This document shows, one piece after another, positions 14,011-23,397 of a stretch of 47,372 nucleotides of DNA. Each line of letters starts with the position of its first letter. The first letter of the stretch is position 1. A model generated the notes under the pieces. The model was not told the origin of the DNA. It was given only the letters and a program-made list of their open reading frames with translations, and ran no database searches. A program made the translations under genes and the position numbers. Location of the stretch: contig JAUCBJ010001278.1 in assembly GCA_032718475.1 (NCBI GenBank), forward strand, positions 1 through 47,372, written 5' to 3'. This DNA is from Nemertoderma westbladi. Its lineage: Eukaryota; Animalia; Xenacoelomorpha.

Positions 14011-16364
14011 TAGTGCTGCGAACTGAATCAATATTTGACTAGTTTCAGTTCCAGTTACAGTTCGAATAAACCTATTTATTTCAGTTTCAGTTCCAGTTTC
14101 CAAAAAAAAATTGTTTCAGTTTCAGTTCTAGTTTCAGTTTGAATGAGGCTGTTTATTTAAGTTCCAGTTCCGGAAAAAAAATAGTTTCAGTTTCAATTCA
14201 AGTTTCATAACAATAATATGTAATAAGAAGGCCTACGGCTGTCATCCTAGCAACCGCAATACTGTATATATATTCAGTACTAACTGTATATATTTATATT
14301 TATGGGCCAGTGTTGAGAATTCCAGAATTATACGAATATTAATTATTAACCTACAATAACTGAATGATAATTATAGTAGTAGTAATTTTATTGACAGAAT
14401 ATAGGAATAATACCTATATAAACCACCGCAAGGAAGTGCAGGTAATATTGACATTCGCAATACCTTCTTCCCAAAAGTTAATAATTACAAATTCCGCTGG
14501 GAGGAGCTGAAAACAGGCCTTTACTTATGCCGTAACCGTATGTATAGTGTCAAAGGCTGAACAGAGGCCTAAGAGTACTACAGTATAATATTCCAGAATA
14601 TAAATATTTTATAGCCAATCTCTGACCAACTCCATCGCCAAGGGTTATTGCTTTTATCATAGGCTTCTCCCTGCATAGCTTACACTACATAACTTACAAG
14701 GAATATATCGGGGGTGGATGTTCACGGTAATTCAGTCTTCTGGTGCACGGCCTACTTGCCAGTAACTTTGTATAAAGAGAGTTGACATTATTAGAATCGT
14801 TCTAGCTAAAACAACGTACCAGTGCAGTAGAGTAGCTTGGTTCTTTCAACATTTTTTTTTAACTTAATTATTACTAAGTGTTAGTAGTAGTTTGTTGTAT
14901 GTTGAATTCTGAGCTGAAATGTTTAGGTTGGGTTATCTGTCAATTATGACATACATCGATACATGTTCACAATTTTCATCATAGAATTAATGTAGAAGTT
15001 TTTATTCCACCCTGAAATTGTTTGTTTGGCAAATTGGCATCCTACTGAATGTACTATTCTGGCTGCCTTCGCCTTGCGTTCATAAATAAAATAATAATAC
15101 AATGAGTCGGCCTACACAGTACATATACTATACAGTACAAATTATTTGCATCGTTTGCAGTGGCTTAATGTATTTCCATTTCCGCAATGACTTCAACTAG
15201 CCAAGCCTGCACAACCGGCAGAAAGCAGACATCAGCCATTCGTTTATTCTACAAGAGGGAAGGTGACGTTTTTGTTATAATTATGTAAAATGATGATGAT
15301 CAACAGTGTGAGTTTCAGTCAAAATGTGCCAACGGTCCAAGTAATTTAAAAAAACATTTAGAGCGGCGTCACCCAATACAATACGAAAAATTTAAATCGG
15401 CCGAGAAAGACATATTAAGTATAAAAGAAGCAGGAGCAATAAAAAAAATTCAAACTTCAAGCTCAAACTGGTTCTTTAGATCATTATTTAACAACCGTAC
15501 TACTACTACTAGGTCGAGCGAACTCGGACAGTGGAAATGAGATCCTTCCAGGCTTCCCGATTCTCCATAGTTGTCGCAATTTCGTTTCTCCCAAGTTCAG
15601 TATCCCTTTCAAGTTGATCTATATATGTTATGGCCGGTCGTCCACGACTACGCTTTCCATGAGTTGGTTGCCAGAGAAGTAGATCTGGTATGACCTCGTC
15701 TTTACTTCGCCAGCAGTGCCCACTGAATCTTAATCTGCGTTCACGGAGGGTGGTTGATACAGGTGGTATTGTACCATAAAGCTCGGCGTTTGTCATGTGT
15801 TGTCTCCAGCTGATGTTTAGGGCTGCCCTTAGTAGTCTTGTGTAGCAACCATCAATTCGTTGTTCAAGTGATTTAGTCAGTGTCCAGGTCTCACCCCCGT
15901 ATAAAAATACACTTTCCACTGTGGCTCGAAAGAACTTAGTCTTCAGGTGCCTGGAGAGATTTGATTTCCAGATGGTATCCATTTTTTAACAACCGTAAAG
16001 AAGGCAAAAGTTTCAACTGGAGAAGGAGAACTCGTGCCCATGTAGTTTCCAAATCAACAAAAACTGGTTTTGATATAGGCCTAAGTGACATATCTTTTGT
16101 TTTTTTATTCCCTTTTTATTTCCCGCAATATTATAATTTATGTTTACATTTATTTTCAATTTATTACTTCCAGTTTTCAATTTTCAGGAATTTTATTACA
16201 GTTCTAGTTCCAGTTCCAGTATTTCAATATATCACGTTTCAGTTCTAGTTTCAGTTTAAAAAAAATTAAAGTTTCAGTTCCAGTTTCAGTTCCAGTTCAG
16301 AAAAAATGCCAAAAACAATTTCAGTTCGATTTCAGTTCCAGTTCAGTTTCAGTTCGCAGCACTA
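14011..16364 (+). mobile_element. Internally deleted hAT-type element with BED zinc-finger remnant
   Basis: 17-bp TIRs tagtgctgcgaactgaa / ttcagttcgcagcacta; tcagtt subterminal arrays; 15187-15480 reads GRKQTSAIRLFY...CEFQSKCANGPSNLKKHLERRHP (BED finger-like). Confidence 0.85.
15500..15984 (-). mobile_element. 5'-truncated RTE LINE copy inside the hAT element
   Basis: Intact 157-aa C-terminal ORF, (TAG)n tail, 13-bp TSD tttaacaaccgta (15487-15499, 15985-15997). Confidence 0.93.
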
Positions 16365-16369
16365 GACAG

Positions 16370-17859
16370 AGTTGCCGTTATCCCGACACCAGGGGGGAAA
16401 AACGCCGATGCTGGAGGCGGGGCTTTACAGACCACGGAGTCCCGGCCAGTCACCGGATATTGATTGTGGAGAAGGAGGAATTTCTTAGATGCAGGATTGC
16501 GGTTGAGAAAAAGCTGCATTGGTTGGATATATCCTTTAATGTAGTTAATCCTGTTACAATCCTGATTGAGAATAATTTTGGGCTTCCCCAAATCAATATA
16601 CACCAAATATTCACAATAATTATACACGACAATATAAATCCCTACAGTATATTATTTAATTACCCACTGTTCGCTCAGATTTTAGCCTAACTAATGTTCC
16701 CCAGATTTTCCCTCAGTCCTAGTCTTGATGCCGTAGTGTCGGTGTCGGTTGACCCTGTCGCGTGTCCGTTCCACCCCTCCCGAACCCCGAAGGGATCGAT
16801 CATCAAGAACCAGCACGGCTTGGCTAAGGGTCAGTCCAGTCGGTAGACTCTGTCGCGTATCCATACCACCCCTCTCGAACCCCGAAGGGATCGGTCATCG
16901 AGAACCAGTACGGCTTGGCTAGGAGTCTGTCGTGTCGGTGGACCCGTTCGCGTGTCCGTCCCACCCCTCACGAACCCCGAAGGGTTCGATCATCGAGAAC
17001 CAGTACGGCTTGGCTAGGGGTCCGTCGGTTCATCGCAGAAACCCAACCACCTAGGCTTTCCGAGTCCCTTTCAGGCTCGTAGTCGCTTCGGCAGCCGAGA
17101 AACTGCTCCGAACAGTCGGTAGGCCAGTAGAGTCCAGTCCTTTGTCTTTCGACCCCGTCGCGTGTCCGTCCCACCCCTCACGAACCCCGAAGGGAACGAT
17201 CATCGAGAACCAGTATGGCTTGGCTAAGGGGTCTGTCGTCGGTTCCCGTCGCAAATCCCTGGTACAAGCAGCCGGCGTTCCGATGTCCTTTTCAGGCTCG
17301 TAATAACTGCTGTTGACCAGAGACCGCTAAGGGCAGTCCTCGTCAAACCCTTCCTCAGTAAGTCGGCCGCCCTTTCGCGTGTCCGTCCCACCCCTCACGA
17401 ACCCCGAAGGGATCGGTCATCGAGAACCAGTACGGCTTGGCTAAGGGGGCTGTCGTTTCCCGTCGCAAATCCCTGACGCAAGCAGCCGGCGTTCCGATGT
17501 CCTTTTCAGGCTCGTAATAACTGCTGTTGGCCAGGGACCGCTAAGGGCAGTCCTTGTCCTTTAGGCCTGGCGCGTTACCAAACCCACCTCTACAGGCAGC
17601 AGGAAGTTGGCCAGGGCCTAATAGTAATCAGGCTAACCTGAATACTGCTTGAATTTTCCATCCCCCCTGGCCCTTATAAACATGAAATTAGTCCCGTACC
17701 CTGTAAGTCGCCCCAAAGTTCGCCCATAAATCGCCCCCAGTTTATAGAATGTGCCCAAAACCCATGGTCCCGCACCCAGTAGTAATATCGGAATAATCAT
17801 TTTTAATAAATACAAAAAATATTCAACTCGCGTTATGAAAAGTTGAAATACCGCGAACA
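16370..17859 (-). repeat. 3' LTR (1490 bp)
   Basis: Matches 26485-27428 except for an extra 546 bp (16591-17136); starts TGTT on the minus strand, terminal base altered. Confidence 0.93.
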
Positions 17860-17870
17860 GTCCCCCCCAA
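17860..17870 (-). other. Polypurine tract
   Basis: Minus strand ttGGGGGGGac immediately before the TGT of the 3' LTR. Confidence 0.75.
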
Positions 17871-18023
17871 TGACCTTCGTGAGGTCTATCGGTAGATTGA
17901 GTTTGCGTAGGTCATTCCCAATATAAAAAACCCAAATTTAATATTGCATAGTTTTAATTAATTTGGCCTAGAGTTTGTATAAAAATAAATGTTCAATAAA
18001 TGTTCCTGGAATATCCCGATCCA

Positions 18024-20634
18024 CTATTTCTTTCTCTGATACGCCTTTCGCCTCTTCGCCCGTCGGCTCTCATCGATCGCTATAGCTGGTAGAGGAGCGT
18101 CAACATCCATCGTGAGCAACGCTTCGGCTTGTCTCCTGGCGGCTCTTCCTTTCGATGGCAGTGGGATCATATCGGTTCGTCGTTCCAACTCGGAGTTGCG
18201 AGCCTCGAGGAACCACTCTCCGTCACCGAACTCCTCTTTATACGAGTATAAGCGTCTAATGACTTCGAATGGGCCGAATAATCCGGCGCTCAGCAACAAA
18301 TCCACGTAATGGAAAGGCAGCGTGGCCGACGTGTGGAGGCGTTCCGGGAAGGAGAAGTACCCGCACGCCATCTCCTGCGCGATATTCCGAGCGTTTCTCC
18401 GAACCTTGGTCTTTATGTGGCTGTTTGCGTATGTTTCAAACATGACCATATTTCCCATAGCGGTAATGTCTTTGGTAGGACATTTGATATAGCAGCGGGG
18501 GCTAGAGGAATGTCCACGGAAACCGCACGTGGTGCAGAGGTTATATAGGATCAGACAGACGGAAACGTCGTGGCCCGATGTCGCGCAGTATGGGCAATAA
18601 AGTATCCCGAGGAGCTGGAGGCATGAATCGGTAACCCGATTCCTTCTACCGCGTGGGCACTGCTCCGAACCACAGTCGCCGCACACCTCCAACTGCATCT
18701 CTCGACCGGGGAATATCGGAATCGGGACGCCGACGTAATACTCGAGTTGTCGATCGCTCTTTTGAATATTCGCGGTGGTCGGTAGCCCGCGGAAGGCTGG
18801 GCTTTTGCGTAGTAGGTCCTCGCTACGATAACCTTCTTTGTGTCCCGTCGGTCTCAACTCGGACGACCGTTTCTGGCGGTGGATCCATTCGGTTTGCTCG
18901 GCGTACCAACGGGTTAGTCGCATAGGATCCTGAGGAACGGAGGGTGTGGTAGCCACCGCTGGTCGGCGAAGAGGTGCCGGGGTTTTCGATGGAGGGATTC
19001 CGAGGAGATCGTCGGGAGTCGGCGCAGCGCTGGGGCCCTTCTCGACCAATATCGCTGAGCGGGTCCATTGATTGCTGGTACTCGGAATCTCCGACGACCA
19101 GTCTTCGCCACCCGGGAAAGGATATGGGGATAACCTTTGGCACGTATCGCCGAAGTCGTTTAACGCGAAGGTAGTAACCAACTCCCTCGCAGGGCTACCG
19201 AAGCCGAGTGGTGAGGAAACGCCCGCTTCCGTCGTTGGTTCGGTGGAGGCAACCCGTTTGGCTGCTGGTTGGTAAGCAGCCTCCGGCTCGAGTTGTCGCT
19301 TCGGGGTGGAGAGAAGAACACCCTCATTTAGCCATATTTCTTCCCCTTCCGAAGAGATCAGAGGCTCCTCCGCACCGAGAAGATCGGTAATCGTAGGGAT
19401 GTCGTAAGGTCCGCTCTCGTCCCAGGAATCGATAACGGCGAGCGTTTTCGTCTCTCCCGGTGTGATGTTCTCGACCGCTTTGAACGCGTGGTTTATAACC
19501 TCGTTCCAGTTGTAGTCGACGAAGGAAAGAGGAACTGCCGTAATGAGGTTATCGAGAATTTTACAGATAAACTTAGCGACGGTGTCGCACTCCATAACGA
19601 CGTAGACGTAGTTCCGTCGATCGGGATTCTCCCACCTTTGGTGTATCGTCCACTTCCGGTCAACGTCCTTCCATCGACCCTCTCGCTCGCTCTTTATTTC
19701 TAATCCCGGGTATCCACCATATATTTTATTATAATCCCGGAATTTCTGGGGTTTGAAGTCGATGCCGCCGTTTAGCACAGCGAGGTAGCCGATCCCGGAT
19801 TTCGTCGGTCTCACCTCTTGGAATCCTCGCATGAACTCGGCGAATCGTAACCAGGCTAGTAGCGTTTGAGTGTCGACGCAATGGCTAAGGGCGTTGAGGT
19901 CGTCTCGTCGGTTTCTTCCTGAAGGAGCGTTCGCGTAGTCGTTCCGGACGTCCGCCTTTATATCCGACCCGATTTTAACGACGTCGAAGTCGAAGAGGAT
20001 CTTTTGGATTTCCGGAGGTAGCATGGATCTCCGGTTGTGGATCTCCGGCTGCCTGCACTTCCTGTCTGGGCGTCGGAAATATTCGATACACCAATACCAA
20101 ACTGTCCAGGGTCCCGAGGACGACGACCAAGGATCGACCGTATTCTTTCGCCCCGTACTTTTCTTGGTAGTCGTCGCGATTTTGGATGGTCGATATACGT
20201 TCCTCTCGAAGCGTCACCGTACACTCCGACAGGTTTCCCCAGTGGGCGAGGTACGTACTCTTGTCGTCGACAAAACTTTGACATCTCGCCAACGTAATCG
20301 CTTTCGAGGTGGGCGTCGCGTTTCCCTCGTTGTCGTAGATCAAACATCGGGATCTGTAGACGCTTTGCCGGAACGTTTCCCAATACGAAGAATCGTCCCC
20401 TCCGGTTGCCTTTGCGTTCCGAGTTCTTTTCAGTCTCGTACTAGCATCGGCTAACCGGAGGGCTCGTAGATTCTTGGAATCCGGTCCCTCTCGCCCGGTG
20501 AATTTAACGACTCGCACGTTCTCATTTAGCAGGGTGCTCCAATTTGTATCAAAGTCAGGGGATCCGGGTTGCGAATATTCCAGTAGATCTATCGTGTTAC
20601 GTAATTCGCCGATAATTTGGCAATTTGGGTCCAT
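18024..20634 (-). CDS. Cargo ORF3: DEDDy/WRN-type 3'-5' exonuclease-like domain, Pro-rich linker and CCHC-type zinc knuckles (two frames, 20634-19975 and 20024-18024)
   Basis: SLVVVLGTLDSLVLVYRI / LPPEIQKILFDFDVVKIGSDIKAD / CVDTQTL / SGIGYLA / W...YVVMECD follow the WRN-exo motif order. C-terminal CGDC, CPYCATSGHDVSVC and CTTCGFRGHSSSPRC. +1 frame change near 20024. Confidence 0.7.
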
Positions 20635-21180
20635 ATTTACGATTATATCCGTTACAAATTAGATCAGTTAATTATAAGTCCAGAAAGTCTGAAACTATAG
20701 TGATTGCAGAATAATTCAGTTTTATTTTTAGTTCAGTTTATTAATAACATTGCTATATAGGCATCTATCATCTTATTGCTAATACATTCAGCATTTACAG
20801 TTACTATAGCTATACATTAATATCCAACCAGTTTTTATGACTTTTTATGTCCTTTCTTTTTTCCAATTCTTTTCTTTAGACATTTTATACCTTTTTTTTT
20901 CTTTTTTTCATTTCTCATTATTATTTCATCTCATTTCATTTATTTCAACATATTTCAACGCATTTATTTCCACCATTTATTTCACATTTATTTCCACATC
21001 ATCATTGGGGTTATAGCCCCCCGGCTATCATAATTTGTTATAAGCGCAGCACCAGGGTGCGCATCATTACATTTTCATCATCATACGCATCATCATTCAG
21101 GTTTATAGTAGAGTTGTCTGATCCTTTTCATCATTTCCAACTACATTCAATCATCTTCTTTGGGAAATCTTTGTTGTGGA

Positions 21181-21590
21181 AGGGGTGTTACGCGGCAATC
21201 TGGGATCTACAGCTGGGCTAGTTACACCGCCTACACCCCAAACTGCTCACGTAATGGACAATGAAGACGCTGGAAGTGAAGTCACGTGGATGCACCAGGG
21301 ACCCACCAGAATAACACTTCCAACAACATAAAGCTCAGCCGACGAAGTCATGTGGGATGGGTTACGCAACATTCTGGGATCTACAGCTGGACTAGTTACA
21401 CCGCCTACGCCCCAAAATCCACGCAACGGTCCCACCAGAATAACGCGACTGAGAAACATAAAACCCTCTATCATCGAAGTCATGTGGATGCACCATGGAC
21501 CCACCAGAATAACGGGATAGAGGGGGTGTTGCGCGGCAATCCGGGATATACAGCTGGACTAGTTACACCGCCTACGCCCCGAACTGCGCA
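21181..21590. repeat. Three imperfect ~170-bp tandem repeats between pol and ORF3
   Basis: gggat(c)tacagctgg(a)ctagttacaccgcctac occurs three times; cccaccagaataac is also repeated. Confidence 0.8.
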
Positions 21591-21873
21591 CGCAACGGAC
21601 AACATAACATACTGCGATGAATACAATGAATTCCACTTCAAATCTTTTCCATTTCCAATAATCCAATATCGTTGGTCCCGATGACCAAAATCAGGGTAAA
21701 CAATACATAAACGACCCTGCGTCAGTCGAAACATCTGCAGGGTGACGCTGGACTCCACATAACACACGAGGAAACACAAATACCATTGCGTGGTTACAGT
21801 TGGTTTAAGGGGGTCCATTTTCATTGTCGATAAATCACAGTTTAAAAGAGTTTGTCAACATGATGAGAAGGGT

Positions 21874-23352
21874 TTAAACGCATTTGTAATTGTCACCAAT
21901 GTCTGCAGCAGGATCCGTAGTAGGGAACTTATCACCTCTCATAGAATCACCACTGTCATTGCCTTCAAGAAGGCACAGCCTCTGGATAGGGCGTTGGTAG
22001 TGGCCCTTTTTATAATTGTCACCAATGTCTGCAGCAGGATCTTGAGTAGGGAACTTGTCACCTCTCGTAGAGTCACCGCTGTCATTGCCTTCAAGAAGGC
22101 ACAGCCTCTGGATAGGGCGTTGGTAGTGGCCCTTTGCTGTTCGTATCGTCACAGTCCTCGCAAGTCCGTCTTTGCTCGGTTGTATTGCCACGACTCGCGC
22201 CACAGGCCAGTGGACGCGGTCTTTAAGGTCTTCTTTTACTAGTACCATGTCGCCAACTTCGACATTCCTGTAGGTGTTGTTCCACTTCCTCCTGGTCCGG
22301 AGGGTTATGAGGTACTCCTGGGCCCAGATTCTCCACCAATGCGCTGCCAACGCTTGGGCCTTCTTCCAATTTGTATGTCTCGCGATATCGTTGGGATCCG
22401 GAAACATTGTCTCTGGGAGAACATGAGTTTTAGGTCTTCCCAGTAGGTGGTTAGCAGTGAGGGACTCACCCGAGGCGTTTGCCATCCGGGTATTACGGCA
22501 GATTAGTCCATACTCTCCCATTAATGGTGTCAATGTTATCCACGTCATTATTATCATCAACAACATTACTAGCCACCAAAGCATGGGCGAGCACCAATGT
22601 CTGTCTTTGAACGTTGCCTGATCAAAAATGTTGATACAATATTGATCTTCCTCGGACGGATTCTCGTCCTTCTCGGCAAACTCTTGGGTCTCTAGATTAA
22701 AGTATTTGGTCAGCTCCTGCTGGGTTTTCTCAGTCTCAAGGAATAAATCCTCATCGAGGTCTGTAGCTGAGCAATAACCCACGGATGTTGCATTTTCTTT
22801 AATCTGACATTTAGGAAGGTATGTGTAGGTGTCAGTAGTCTCTTCCTTGATGCCGCAGAGGGTCCATCCCATTATTGTTCGTTCAGCGTAAAAGCCGTCA
22901 TCCTTCTTTATGGATCGGGCGACATCTCCGGTTGGTATGTGTAATTCCGGTGTATCAAGTCCGATCAGTAGGGTGATGCGGTTTACGTCCAACTGCGGAC
23001 ACCTCAGATCTACATCGTCTCGGTCCAATTGTATGAGGGGGGCGTACTCGGCTGATTGTCGGAACCGCACTCGGAGGTCTGTGTGTACCAAGGCGTTCTT
23101 GATGGTTAGCTTAACCGTTTCGTAGCCCTTCATTACTCCTTCCATCTGGAGTTGCACCTCCCCGGACTCTACCTCTCTGTTATCGGTGATGGTTTGTATG
23201 GGCCGTTTACAAGGTTCATATTCTAGGCCGAGTTGCTCGAGGAAATCCCGGTCGATGATGGTTCCGTCAGACCCGTTATCAAGGAACGCGAGCGTCGTCA
23301 GGGATTTGCCGACTCCTTGAATCCTTACTGGGATTACCTTTGCGAAGACCAT
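21874..23352 (-). pseudogene. Bel/Pao pol remnant: aspartic protease fused in frame to integrase C-terminus; RT, RNase H and integrase core deleted
   Basis: AFLDNGSDGTII...LLIGLD protease; LTANHLLG...WAQEYL...VGDMVLV...WPVARV...DGLARTV...RPIQRLCLL; last 42 codons tandemly duplicated. Confidence 0.88.
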
Positions 23353-23397
23353 ATAACGGCGATTTATAAGATTAATCGTGGCTGAAATATTTGTTAC

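Noticed and set aside
16750-17550. CRISPR array or hammerhead ribozymes in the LTR repeats
   Set aside because: Spacers are irregular and partly homologous, and there are no cas genes. CUCGAUGA resembles the hammerhead CUGAUGA, but no GAAA core follows the hairpin.
18024-20024. ORF3 as a retroviral env
   Set aside because: No signal peptide, transmembrane helix or fusion-protein pattern visible.
20024-20048. 14-bp tandem duplication as cause of the ORF3 frame change
   Set aside because: Removing 14 bp does not restore the frame; the cause is unresolved.
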